From an uncultured delta proteobacterium (lineage in GTDB: Bacteria > Desulfobacterota > Binatia > Binatales > Binataceae): a DNA stretch of 64,000 bases. The notes under the pieces were generated by a model, which was not told the origin of the DNA, ran no database searches, and worked only from the letters and a program-made list of their open reading frames with translations. Both the position numbers and the translations under genes were made by a program. Of this stretch, positions 21,507-31,843 are shown piece by piece (position 1 is the stretch's first letter; each line of letters opens with the position of its first letter). The stretch lies in contig CAVRVY010000004.1 of the NCBI GenBank assembly GCA_963724765.1, forward strand, positions 1,568,001 through 1,632,000. Direction: 5' to 3'.

Positions 21507-21623
21507 GGACTGCTTGGCTCCTTCGACATGCGATCTTTGACAGCTAGGATCCCGGGTGTGCTCTAATCAAGACTAAATGCAAATATTTGAAACAACAAGC
21601 AGAAAATAAGAGATAAAAATCAT

Positions 21624-21644
21624 GAAATAACAGAGTTTTGTTGC
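21624..21644. promoter_or_regulatory. shared island operator/promoter motif, copy 1
   Basis: GAAATAACAGAGTTTTGTTGC in the AT-rich divergent etf/frmA intergenic region. Confidence 0.45.
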
Positions 21645-21850
21645 ATAATTCGCACAATTAATGTAGAAAGGTATTAAGAATGGCCGGTGTTAGAAAGCAG
21701 CAGTCGTTAGCGTCCACACTCGATCCGGCACAGCGATGACGGCGATCGCCGTCTCGAAGATACTCGCTGCGGAAGCGGGGCTGCCGGCCCGGGCGCGTGC
21801 CCCATTCTTCGGCGAGTAACCGCTGCACGCAATTCTTCTGGAGCATTCCG

Positions 21851-22960
21851 ATGAAGGTCAAAGCGGCTGTCGCATACAAGGCCGGCGCTCCGCTCGAAAT
21901 CGAAACCGTCGATCTCGACGGACCCGGGCAGGGCGAGGTGTTGGTCGAGATCAAAGCGACCGGCGTATGCCATACCGACGCCTACACGCTTTCGGGCAAG
22001 GACCCTGAGGGGCTGTTCCCGGCGATCCTCGGCCACGAGGGCGCAGGCGTGGTGGTCGATACCGGAGCAGGCGTGACCACGCTGCGCCCCGGCGACCATG
22101 TGATCCCGCTTTACATCCCGGAGTGCCGCCAATGCCCAGCCTGTCTTTCAGGCAAAACCAACCTTTGCACCGCAATCCGCGAGACGCAAGGACGCGGCGT
22201 GATGCCCGACGGCAAGAGCCGCTTCTCGGCCGGCGGCCGGATGATCCATCACTACATGGGCACCTCGACCTTCGCCAACTTCACCGTGGTGCCCGAGATC
22301 GCGCTGGCTAAGGTGCGCGAGGACGCACCCTTCAACCGCATCTGCTACGTAGGATGCGGCGTCACTACCGGCGTGGGCGCGGTGATCAACACCGCGAAGG
22401 TCCAGGTCGGCGATACGGTGGTGGTCTTCGGCCTTGGCGGGATCGGGCTCAACGTGGTGCAGGGCGCGCGGATCGCCGGAGCGCGCATGATCGCCGGAGT
22501 GGACCTCAATCCGGCGCGCCGTGCGATCGCCGAGAAATTCGGACTCACGCATTTCGTCAACCCGGCCGAGGTGCGCGGCGACCTTGTACCCTACCTGGTG
22601 GATCTGACCAGCGGCGGCGCCGACTTTGCGTTCGAGTGCATCGGCAACGTCAAGCTGATGCGCCAGGCGCTGGAGTGCTGCCATCGCGGCTGGGGCACCT
22701 GCGTGATAATCGGCGTTGCCGGCGCGGGTGAGGAGATTTCAACCCGTCCGTTTCAGCTCGTCACCGGCCGCACCTGGAAAGGTACCGCGTTCGGCGGCGC
22801 CAGGGGCCGACGCGACGTGCCGAAGATCGTCGACTGGTACATGGAAGGCAAAATCAACATCGACGACCTCATCACGCACACGATGCCGCTCAACCGCATC
22901 AACGAGGCATTCGACCTGATGCATCGCGGCGAGTCAATTCGCACCGTTATCACACTCTAG
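21851..22960 (+). CDS. frmA: S-(hydroxymethyl)glutathione dehydrogenase / class III alcohol dehydrogenase
   Basis: [60 protein letters not shown]. Confidence 0.95.
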   Translation: MKVKAAVAYKAGAPLEIETVDLDGPGQGEVLVEIKATGVCHTDAYTLSGKDPEGLFPAILGHEGAGVVVDTGAGVTTLRPGDHVIPLYIPECRQCPACLSGKTNLCTAIRETQGRGVMPDGKSRFSAGGRMIHHYMGTSTFANFTVVPEIALAKVREDAPFNRICYVGCGVTTGVGAVINTAKVQVGDTVVVFGLGGIGLNVVQGARIAGARMIAGVDLNPARRAIAEKFGLTHFVNPAEVRGDLVPYLVDLTSGGADFAFECIGNVKLMRQALECCHRGWGTCVIIGVAGAGEEISTRPFQLVTGRTWKGTAFGGARGRRDVPKIVDWYMEGKINIDDLITHTMPLNRINEAFDLMHRGESIRTVITL

Positions 22961-23119
22961 AGAAGTACCATGCCACCGGTCATATCCTTCATGGGCACGG
23001 AATATCGTAGCGATATCCCGGTAGTGGTAGATGACGGGTTCTAGATGAAGCCGACGCAAAAACAGACGAACAAAGCAGACCGGCAGATAGCCAAAAGGAG
23101 GGTTCGATTGGCGACCATG

Positions 23120-23430
23120 GAGAGGTGGCATTCCTCGAGTACTCAAGGATGTTGACGGCTCCGGGATGTTTATCGCTACAAAGACAGCGATTCTTAGGGT
23201 CTTTTGTGGATATTGCGGGTGATGGCTGGCACCGCCGGAGCCCTGAAGACCGAATGTTCGGTCGGATCATGCGGCGAAATTGGTGGATGGTGTCGGCCAA
23301 GGATACGTTGGATCATGCGACCGCGAGCCTGCTAAGGCTGCTGTACGAGCGCTTGCCGGAAACCGGTGTCGACTTTGCCGTGCTCTATCCCACCCTCGCG
23401 TTGGCCTTCCCGAACATTCCGAACGAGGAG
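23120..23430 (+). pseudogene. degenerate N-terminal relic of the amidohydrolase at 49015/57984
   Basis: SPEDRMFGR..RRNWW..DTLD.ATASL..LLYERLPETG.DFAVLY; frameshifted and truncated. Confidence 0.8.
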
Positions 23431-23489
23431 CTGAGCCGGCTCCATTCTTCCCGAGCAAAATTCGCCTCCAGACGAACCGAGTGAGGACC

Positions 23490-24344
23490 GTGGCCTTCAA
23501 GCACCATTACGCACAGCTGGCTGATGTACGTCTTCACTACGTCACGCTCGGGCAAGGCAGTCCGATGGTGCTGCTTCACGGATGGCCTCAGACCTGGTAC
23601 GAATGGCGCCGTTTGATGCCACTGCTCGCCGACCGTTATTCGATGGTGGCACCTGACCTTCGCGGCCTAGGCGACTCCTCTCGTCCTTGCAGCGGTTATG
23701 ACAAGAGGACTATCGCGAGCGACGTTTGGCAACTGATGCACGAGCGGCTCGGCCACGAACGCTTCATCGTCGTGGGGCATGATTGGGGCGCCCCAACGGC
23801 ATTTCGTCTCGCCGCAGACCATCCCCAAACGGTAACTCATCTTGTGATGCTCGATGTTCCAGTACCGGGCGATCTTCCGACCGGCCCGGCGTCAATCGGT
23901 GGTGGTGTTCGATGGCATCATCTGTTTCATCAAGTGCCGGACTTGCCAGAGGCGCTGACTGAGGGACGCGAACGGATTTATCTGGAATGGTTTTTCTCAA
24001 ACATGGTCGAACAGCACGATACTTTCAGCGACGCCGATATTGCGGAATACGTCCGAGCGTATTCGCAGCCAGGTGCGATGCGGGCGGGATTTAATTTCTA
24101 CCGGGCGTTGAAACAAGACGTGGCAGACAATCGCGTAACGCTCGCGACGGGTTTCAAACTGCCGATGCCGACCCTCGGATTGGGCGGCGGCAGTTCCCGC
24201 GGACGCGGCGATCTCGTCGTCGAATCGCTGTCGCGCGTCGCCCTTCAGGCCGAGGGTGGCTCGCTTCCAGATTGCGGTCATTTCATTCCCGAAGAAAAGC
24301 CGCGCGAACTGGCCGCAAGATTGCGCATCTTCCTTGAAAAGTGA
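23490..24344 (+). CDS. alpha/beta hydrolase, epoxide hydrolase-like
   Basis: LLHGWPQTWYEWR, PDLRGLG.S, GHDWGA nucleophile, FYRA, GHFIPEE. Confidence 0.88.
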   Translation: MAFKHHYAQLADVRLHYVTLGQGSPMVLLHGWPQTWYEWRRLMPLLADRYSMVAPDLRGLGDSSRPCSGYDKRTIASDVWQLMHERLGHERFIVVGHDWGAPTAFRLAADHPQTVTHLVMLDVPVPGDLPTGPASIGGGVRWHHLFHQVPDLPEALTEGRERIYLEWFFSNMVEQHDTFSDADIAEYVRAYSQPGAMRAGFNFYRALKQDVADNRVTLATGFKLPMPTLGLGGGSSRGRGDLVVESLSRVALQAEGGSLPDCGHFIPEEKPRELAARLRIFLEK

Positions 24345-24539
24345 TTCTCGACAAAAGACGAAGCGTTGCGCGCAGATAGTAGGACCCCTCCAGAGTGTCG
24401 GTTTGACGATAGACCTGCATGGTATCGCCTCTTTGTGGCACGGCGAGTCTCAAGATCGACAGGTTCTGATTGTACTCGCGAAGCGCGCCATGAGGTCTTC
24501 AACGCCACCACGCTTGGCAGAAGTGCGCCGATTCATGGT

Positions 24540-25450
24540 GCGAAATAGCCCACGCGATGATCGCCACTGGTCGCATCGTGCCGCCATCATCTGAAACCAT
24601 CAAGTGTTCGGCTACGCCTGCGCGGCGGCGTAGTCGGCGCCCAGGTGGCGATTCCGGTCACTACGCGCGATAGTACCCGAGATGGCGGAGTCGGTGGTGA
24701 ATCTCTGCGCTCGGCGGTTAGCCGCGAATTCATCGAGGCGAGTGAAGCGCAGCTCAAGACGCTGTGGAACGGCGGTAAACGAACTGGAGATCTGATGTCT
24801 ACATCGACCGCATCCAGTTCGATGAGTGCCACGCGAATCGTCGCACTGAGTGTTGAGCCGCAGGGCAAGCAGTATCTCTTGGCAGAGTACGCCAGGGCGT
24901 TACCGAGAACACCCCGGTAACGACCGAACTGTTGAACGATCTGGTGGCGCGGGGCATTCCCCGCGCCACTCCCGGTTGTTCGTGATCGACGGCTCCAAGG
25001 CGGTGGGCACGGCGCGTCTCTGGCGTGTGGGTTCGGTGCCAAGATACAGGAACCACAGGAGCTGCGCAGCGTGCTCGACCCACCGGTACCGTCCACCTCC
25101 GGGTCCGTGTCCCAAGCGCGACGTGAACCTTCCCTGACGTTCGAAGCTGCCATTGGCAAACTCAAGCAGCAGGCGCCATGGCTGGAACGCGAATATCCAT
25201 ACGCCGCGACATGTCTGCGTGTGGGTTGGCGAGTTCTTCACTACAACCGGCGCGGGTTTTCTTCCTCGCTCTGTCGAGCGCTGGGCAGTACCGATATCAT
25301 CGAGAACCGCCTCAGCGATCCGCGCAGGGTCCGTATCACGATGGACAGACGGTCAAGCGCTAGGTGACGCGCCGTTTCGTGACACTCAGAAGTACTTCCG
25401 CGAATCTCGGGTTACCGACCTTTGTGGACGCTCACAGCAGGACCATTGAA
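24540..25450 (+). pseudogene. degraded IS256-family transposase
   Basis: Fragments S.SAVSREFIEAS, LFVIDGSKA, LEREYP.AA..LR.G and L.ST.IIEN in shifting frames. Confidence 0.65.
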
Positions 25451-25497
25451 CGGCGAGTCGCTGATTAACATTACGAACGCGTCCTACTATCCTAACT

Positions 25498-26520
25498 TTA
25501 CCCTACCGTCGGCAAGCCCCGGTTTCCTAGTCGCTTGAGATCTTCGATAAGGCACGGCACCACCTGCTTATAGTCGGCGACAACGCCGAGCTGAGCCGCC
25601 TTAAAAATATTTGCATCTGGATCCGTATTTATCGCCACAATCATCTTGGCCCGTCCGCAACCTGCCATGTGCTGACTAGCACCGGATATCCCCACCGCTA
25701 CATACAGATCTGGTGTGACTACTTTGCCAGTAAGCCCTATTTGCCGTGTAGCTGGGCACCACCCGAGGTCGCACGCTACGCGACTCGCTCCGACTGAGGC
25801 ATCGAGAACCTCCGCCAGATGCTCCAGGAGACGAAACCCTTCGGCTCCATTAAGGCCGCGTCCGCCCGCGACAACAATTTTAGCGCTCTCCAAGCGTGCA
25901 TCGGACGACTTCTCTCTGCGGCGCTCAAGCCTCAACATGCGTGCGGCAGAAGGCAGAGAGCCGACGGTGAGCTTGATAACTTTACCGCTCCGTCCCGATT
26001 CTCGTTTTAGACGTTCTTGACATTTCGGTCTAATGGTCGCTACTGCTGGTGATGTTCTGAACGATACGATCGCTCGCGCCTTACCTCCATAGCATGACCG
26101 TGTTGCCATGATCTTATCGCCGCTAACTTGCATGTCCTCGCAATCCGTGGCTACAGCAGTCCCTAGCCGAAAGGCTAGACGAGGCCCGAGATCCGACCCT
26201 ATTGAGGTATGCCCGAGCAAAACTAGCGCCGGCTGTGACTCTTGAACGACCCTCACTAGCAAGGATAACCAATAGTCAGGCTGGTATTCGGCGAGCGCCC
26301 TGTCGTCAGCCACATACACCTCGTCTGCCCCATGAAAAACAAGTTCTTGATCGACGTTTTCAAGATCGCTACCTAAAATAGCTGCAGATACGGGGGCGGG
26401 AGATCCTTCCGACAGTCGGCGACCCAGGCCCAACAGTTCATACGCTGATGAAGCGGGAGCCCGCTTGTCTACTTCAGCCAGGATCAGCACTCCCGACCTG
26501 CCATTTACCGTCGCATTCAA
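25498..26520 (-). CDS. etfA: electron transfer flavoprotein alpha subunit
   Basis: VVAGGRG, VGASR, QIGLTGK.V.P.LY.AVGISGASQH, AIN.D. Confidence 0.92.
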   Translation of the reverse strand: MNATVNGRSGVLILAEVDKRAPASSAYELLGLGRRLSEGSPAPVSAAILGSDLENVDQELVFHGADEVYVADDRALAEYQPDYWLSLLVRVVQESQPALVLLGHTSIGSDLGPRLAFRLGTAVATDCEDMQVSGDKIMATRSCYGGKARAIVSFRTSPAVATIRPKCQERLKRESGRSGKVIKLTVGSLPSAARMLRLERRREKSSDARLESAKIVVAGGRGLNGAEGFRLLEHLAEVLDASVGASRVACDLGWCPATRQIGLTGKVVTPDLYVAVGISGASQHMAGCGRAKMIVAINTDPDANIFKAAQLGVVADYKQVVPCLIEDLKRLGNRGLPTVG

Positions 26521-26546
26521 TGCATTTTCCTCGCCACTATTGCTCG

Positions 26547-27350
26547 CTATAGGATGTTGAATTCCTTAAGCTTTTCGATCAGGTGTGCCGAGAGCTCCTG
26601 TGGTGAATCACCAGCGATGAATTCGCATCGGTTCGTTCTCACCGGAACAAATAGCTGCTCCAATTCCAAGCGTGCACCAGCGGCCCCAACCGCCGAGACA
26701 TCCAACCCTAGGTCAACTGCTGACCACACCGTCACCTGCTTACGAGCAGCTTGCAAAAGTTGCTTCAGTTTCGGATAGCGAGGCTCACCCAACTCATTAG
26801 AAACCGTCACTACCGCGGGCAATGGAGCTTCTATAGTCTCAGAACCATCATCCAGGACTCTCTCGATTCGAACGGCGCGACCCTGTACTGTTACGTCTTT
26901 AGCGAAGGTCACAACCGGGACACCGAGCAATTCGCCGATTCCGATGCCGACAATTCCACAATCTACGTCTGCTGCCTGTCGGCCAGTCAAAATTAGATCG
27001 TAATCGCCTATTTTTTTAATCGCCTCTACAAGCGCACGAGCCGTCGAATAAGAATCGGCGCCTTCGAACGCCGCGTCAGACAGAATTATTCCTTCATCTG
27101 CTCCCATCGCTAGGCACTGCTTGACAGCTTCGCGTACCGAATCAGGACCCATGCTGAGGATGCTGATCTTGCATTCACCGAGCTTGTCTCGAATGCGTAG
27201 CGCGGCTTCGGCCGCTTGGATGTCAAAGGGACTAACCACTAACGGCGTACCCTGCGGCGGAATCACTCTTTTCGCTACTTCATCTACTCTAAAGCCACCT
27301 AGAGCACATTCGGGATCGACAATTTGTTTTATACAAACGATGATATGCAC
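26547..27350 (-). CDS. etfB: electron transfer flavoprotein beta subunit
   Basis: IIVCIKQ, SMGP, LAMGAD, GRQAAD.D.G, EPRYP. Confidence 0.92.
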   Translation of the reverse strand: MHIIVCIKQIVDPECALGGFRVDEVAKRVIPPQGTPLVVSPFDIQAAEAALRIRDKLGECKISILSMGPDSVREAVKQCLAMGADEGIILSDAAFEGADSYSTARALVEAIKKIGDYDLILTGRQAADVDCGIVGIGIGELLGVPVVTFAKDVTVQGRAVRIERVLDDGSETIEAPLPAVVTVSNELGEPRYPKLKQLLQAARKQVTVWSAVDLGLDVSAVGAAGARLELEQLFVPVRTNRCEFIAGDSPQELSAHLIEKLKEFNIL

Positions 27351-27437
27351 GCGGCACTATTCCTTGTTGCTTGTGTTCAGAGCAAATCCTCCAAACGACC
27401 GTGCGGATAAACCCTGGCCGATGCTAAGTGCGCAGCG

Positions 27438-28652
27438 TCACCACCAGCTCACAGGCGGAGTTTCCACGCCGAGAAGATACCTGCCGATTCGCTGCCGCCG
27501 ATAATCTACTGGGTCATGGAGAGTAAACGTTCGCGCATTACGCCAATACATGTCAAAACCGGTCTGGGGCGCATCCGCTGCCGCTCGAGCACCGGCTATT
27601 TGAAAGATACGACTTGACACATCAAGTGCGCTGTCAGTCGAAAACACCTTCGCACGGTATACGGCCACTGCTGCTTCTGCGCGCATCTCGGCGTGCTTAG
27701 CCGCCTCTTCGAGCATTCGAGCTGCGCGATACAGCAGTAGACGAGACGCCTCCACTTGCACGCTGAGGTCAGCGACATGATTCTGCAGATACGGATCGTC
27801 GACAGCACGCTCGTATGCAGTCTCTCCCCACGGTCGGGTCTTAACCTTAACGTAATCAATTCCTGCTTCCAGCGCTCCCCCCGCGATACCCACATACACC
27901 GCTGTCCAGCCAAGTTGAAAGTACGGTCCGAACAATAACAGTTTGTAGTAGTCGCCCGGTTCACCAATTGCGTTGGAGGCCGGAACAAGGACGTTTTCGT
28001 AAGTAGTTGTACCGCTGGTCGTGGCTCGCTGTCCGAGGGGAGCCCAGTCGCCCAAGACTGCCACCCCCGGCTGGTCGCAGCGAATCATACAGGGCAGCAT
28101 ACCTTTCTCTAACGTCTTGCCTTCGACACAGGCCCATACTTGGAACCACGTGGCACCGCCAGAATTCGTCGAAAAAAACTTTCTGCCGTTAACAACGTAC
28201 CCTTCCCTTACCGGCGCCGCTCGCGTCTTAATATCGTGAACCGTCTTTCCGCCGCGTTCGCTTGCCCAAACGCCATGTAACGAGCCGTGCTGAACGACAT
28301 CGATTGAAAAGCGCTGCTTTTGGTCTTCGCTTCCCAAAATGTAGATGACCTCAAGCGATGCATTGTGATTGTGAAACGCCTGACCGGTGGATGGGCAGCC
28401 TTTACTTAGCTCCTCGACTGCCGCGATCTCTAGTAGCAGATTACTTTCCAGACCAGCACCGTAGCCCCCATACGCCTTCTGAACACTCAGCGCGAGAAGC
28501 CCGGCGTTGTGCATATCCTGAAACGTGTCTTTTGGAAAACTGGCTTCATTGTCGTGCCGTAGTGCTCGTGGTCCTACCTTGGTCCGGCGCAGGGTCTGGA
28601 ATTGTGTTAGAACCTCTCGGTGTTCCTCCAGCTCTAGATTCATTGCCGCCAT
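27438..28652 (-). CDS. acyl-CoA dehydrogenase-fold flavin monooxygenase (DszC/SfnB/MsuC-like)
   Basis: NGRKFFST, DW..LGQR.T.SG, TRPW, DDPY, D.YWRNART.TLHDP. Confidence 0.85.
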   Translation of the reverse strand: MAAMNLELEEHREVLTQFQTLRRTKVGPRALRHDNEASFPKDTFQDMHNAGLLALSVQKAYGGYGAGLESNLLLEIAAVEELSKGCPSTGQAFHNHNASLEVIYILGSEDQKQRFSIDVVQHGSLHGVWASERGGKTVHDIKTRAAPVREGYVVNGRKFFSTNSGGATWFQVWACVEGKTLEKGMLPCMIRCDQPGVAVLGDWAPLGQRATTSGTTTYENVLVPASNAIGEPGDYYKLLLFGPYFQLGWTAVYVGIAGGALEAGIDYVKVKTRPWGETAYERAVDDPYLQNHVADLSVQVEASRLLLYRAARMLEEAAKHAEMRAEAAVAVYRAKVFSTDSALDVSSRIFQIAGARAAADAPQTGFDMYWRNARTFTLHDPVDYRRQRIGRYLLGVETPPVSWW

Positions 28653-28921
28653 ACCCGCCAATCTCCCTAGATTTAAATGGCCAACGCTTTGCTGACTACA
28701 CATCCTTTCGGAACCGGATTCTGTCTTACCCGTTAGACCTATCTCGTTCCGTCCACGCGGCCTTTAACTCCTTGAGCGATGCGAAGCCCACAGCCGCCAC
28801 GTGAGCAACATTTACGTCATACCTCGATCGTGGCGTTATTGTCTTTCATATCACACGCTCAGCATTCGGAAGTCATTTCCGAGCGCCTCACTGCACCATG
28901 CGCATCTCGACAGAACAACCC

Positions 28922-30346
28922 CTATCTGTGCAGTTGTTCTAATTTGTTGGTATCGAATAAGTTTTCGACGAAACCCGCATCAGTAATTGACGGGAAGCCA
29001 CAGCCAAAGCCATCGACGATGGTTCCTCGACTGTTTTGTACGTCTAAAACGTCTGCTGTCGGAAAGGTTTGAGACCGCACGCCGTGATTGATATCGGCCC
29101 ATTCTTTGTGATAATTTTCGCTCCACTTGTACTGCCATTCGTAAATTTTCCAGAGTCGTCCATTTCGGTCAAATGTGAAATGCCACTGCGGATCGTAGTT
29201 TTGTGAATCCCAGAACATTATGGCCGCGCTGTATGGGTGACGCGAATCCTTCGGCACTCGCATAACAACAGCGGAGCGGCGCAGACTCCATATGTCATCC
29301 GGAATCATCGTGGTGGGGCTATAAAAACGGGCATCTGGATATTTTCGATTTGCGACGACCAAAGTGTCTTTCCAACCTAGAAATTTGAAGGTCCAGTCCA
29401 CTTCACGCCCGGAAAAGCTATAGAAATCGTCGAGCGTGAAGTCCGTTCCTAGGAGTGAATCAGATTTAACCTCCGCCGAGATGCGTCGGACGCGGCGTAG
29501 ATTGGGTATGTATGCCCAAGCATCGTCCGCTCTATGAGGGTCGGCATAACGATAAATGACAAATGCAGTTCCTCTTATATCAAAAGGGTCAAAGAAAGCA
29601 GTGATCTCTTTAAATTCAATGTCGTTGGCGCCAGGAATTGGAAGCACGTGCAAGGGTAGCTGCGCTAAATGGCTGTAGTACACTCGCCGATAGTTCGATT
29701 GCAACGTGCGCTCGAATGATCCGCCGCCGGAATAGAGATATGATAGGTTGCCTTTCGGCAAGTCCGATTGCGAATACGGGAACGCAATCATATCGGCAGG
29801 TGGTGCTTGTACGGTAAAATCATGATTGGCACCTTTTCCGTCAAACCGCACCCAGTGCCAGGCGACGTCGACACAAGCCAGACCGAAATATTGCCAGCGA
29901 TACTCGTAATTCCATACTGCTTTGGTGCCTGCATTTTCATCGCGATCAGAGATGCTGCTATTGGGAAATGGTTGGCCGCAGGTATAATTCGCCATTGTGC
30001 CATCGGGTGCGAGGCGGACTTGGTCCTGATACTGTTCGGTGCATTTCATGTAATCCGAACGGGGAGTGTGGTCGACAGACGCCCCGATGTCGATGTGGAC
30101 GTCGGGGAAGTTCAGTTGTTCAAACTCGCCTGGAGGAACGAAGGAGTGGATCCTACTGAGTGCGCCTTGATGTATAACATCGCCAGGCTTAAAGTCTGGT
30201 TTAGTACTCTCATATTTCTTCAACCATTCCTCGAAAGTATGTACCGTGTAGCTTTTGACGTCTTGAGCACAACCTTGAGTGGCACTCAAGAAAAACAGAC
30301 CAGCAATCACTACATTCACAACGATGCTCTTAGCTCGCGTAGTCAT
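28922..30346 (-). CDS. DUF1329-like exported protein
   Basis: Signal peptide; G.PFP, K..WNY..R, DDAWAYIPNLRRVRR, DRNGRLWK. Confidence 0.8.
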   Translation of the reverse strand: MTTRAKSIVVNVVIAGLFFLSATQGCAQDVKSYTVHTFEEWLKKYESTKPDFKPGDVIHQGALSRIHSFVPPGEFEQLNFPDVHIDIGASVDHTPRSDYMKCTEQYQDQVRLAPDGTMANYTCGQPFPNSSISDRDENAGTKAVWNYEYRWQYFGLACVDVAWHWVRFDGKGANHDFTVQAPPADMIAFPYSQSDLPKGNLSYLYSGGGSFERTLQSNYRRVYYSHLAQLPLHVLPIPGANDIEFKEITAFFDPFDIRGTAFVIYRYADPHRADDAWAYIPNLRRVRRISAEVKSDSLLGTDFTLDDFYSFSGREVDWTFKFLGWKDTLVVANRKYPDARFYSPTTMIPDDIWSLRRSAVVMRVPKDSRHPYSAAIMFWDSQNYDPQWHFTFDRNGRLWKIYEWQYKWSENYHKEWADINHGVRSQTFPTADVLDVQNSRGTIVDGFGCGFPSITDAGFVENLFDTNKLEQLHR

Positions 30347-30449
30347 GTGGGCCTCCTTCTGCTGTAATTGTACGCCGCTTCGTTCGCACCGCGATTGCCC
30401 GAATCGGCTTCTGTCCTTGGGGCTCGTTACGCTCACACGGGTTCGCTAT

Positions 30450-31646
30450 TTATTGAATTGAGACGTCAACAGGCACGATTCCGTCGAAGTGCTTACGCTG
30501 AAAGTTCCACTTAGTTTGAGGCTGAGTGCGGCCGATCTCGTCAGTGGCACGCGCCATAATGCGGTATTGTCCTGGTGTCGCGGCCGTCCACAGGTATGAC
30601 CATCGAGCCCAGAGCCACTTCTCGTGAGGATCCTCCAAGTGCGCTTCATGCCACGTTTCGCCTCCGTCGACACTCACCTCTACCCGGACGATTGCTCCAC
30701 AACCGCTCCATGCTAGACCTCGAATGGCGTGAGAACTGCGCAACAGCGGAGAATCTTCATCTCGCGGACTGGTGACAATGGATTTGACGCCGAGACTCGT
30801 AACCATTGTACGGTTTGGATCAGTCGGCGAAGCTGAATAGACAAAGTATTCGGTTTGGTAGTAACAAGAGGGAATATAGGACAAGACTTCTATTTTCTGG
30901 ATCCACTTCACCCACCAGTTCCCCGACCAGCCGGGAACTATTAGCCGTACGGGTGCACCGTGAACATGTTGCAAGTATTCTCCATTTTGTGCCCACGCCA
31001 AGATGGTGTCGGGATGAAGCGCTTTCTCCATCGGGAGACCTTTATCGTAATTTATGATTCCTGGGTCTTTCACATCGAAATCCGTTCTGCCCGCCGCCAG
31101 ATATTGCACAGCTGGATCAGGTCGACCCCGATCAAATCCTTCCAGGCGTACGCTTTTTGCGCAGTTCTTTGGCGTCGCTTTTTCCAACACGCTTGCCAGC
31201 GATACTCCCGTGAACTCGCCTGCGCTGACGTAGCCTATCGTGGAAGCCGCGGAGCTGAGTCTCGCATCTCCAAGATTGGACCTCGACGGTTTTGTACCGC
31301 CCTTTTGCGCGAAATCGAAAAACTCCGAATCGTTGCCTGCACACTCGGTGACGGCTCGTACAGTTCTGCCGGGAAGCCTCTGCAGATCCTCTAGATTGAG
31401 CGTAAAGGGACGTTCCACCTCCCCTTCGACGGTGAGAGACCAATCCTCCGGGCTTATCGGATCCGGCATCTCTAGCTGTGCGACTATGTAGGATAGATCG
31501 GTCGGCGTGATCAGCCCCTCTAGTTCCAGAAGCGGCGTCTTGCCGGCAATCACGCGTCCTTGTGCATCTTTTCCTTCCACAAGCGTCGGTCTCTTCCTGT
31601 CTGGCCAGCCTTTTACCCACGCACCTTCAATCTCACGTCGACTCAT
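30450..31646 (-). CDS. sulfite oxidase-family molybdopterin enzyme (no signal peptide)
   Basis: ITP, W.L.V.G.V, ECAGN Mo-ligand Cys, HGAPVRL.VPG, VKW, C-terminal dimer domain VEVS.DGG.TW. Confidence 0.9.
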   Translation of the reverse strand: MSRREIEGAWVKGWPDRKRPTLVEGKDAQGRVIAGKTPLLELEGLITPTDLSYIVAQLEMPDPISPEDWSLTVEGEVERPFTLNLEDLQRLPGRTVRAVTECAGNDSEFFDFAQKGGTKPSRSNLGDARLSSAASTIGYVSAGEFTGVSLASVLEKATPKNCAKSVRLEGFDRGRPDPAVQYLAAGRTDFDVKDPGIINYDKGLPMEKALHPDTILAWAQNGEYLQHVHGAPVRLIVPGWSGNWWVKWIQKIEVLSYIPSCYYQTEYFVYSASPTDPNRTMVTSLGVKSIVTSPRDEDSPLLRSSHAIRGLAWSGCGAIVRVEVSVDGGETWHEAHLEDPHEKWLWARWSYLWTAATPGQYRIMARATDEIGRTQPQTKWNFQRKHFDGIVPVDVSIQ

Positions 31647-31843
31647 ACATAGTTCCTCAAAAGCTATTTGCTTCACCAACTGTTAACCTCAGAGCCGCGG
31701 TCGGTCGTCCTGAAAGCACACCCGCAAAACCAAATAAAGGCCATATTACCACCGTCATCATCCACACTTACTAATCGAGTAATCGTTCCTCGGCGGGCCA
31801 TTTTCCGACGCGGCAGGCAGTGTGCCCTTCGCGTCGCGACCGT

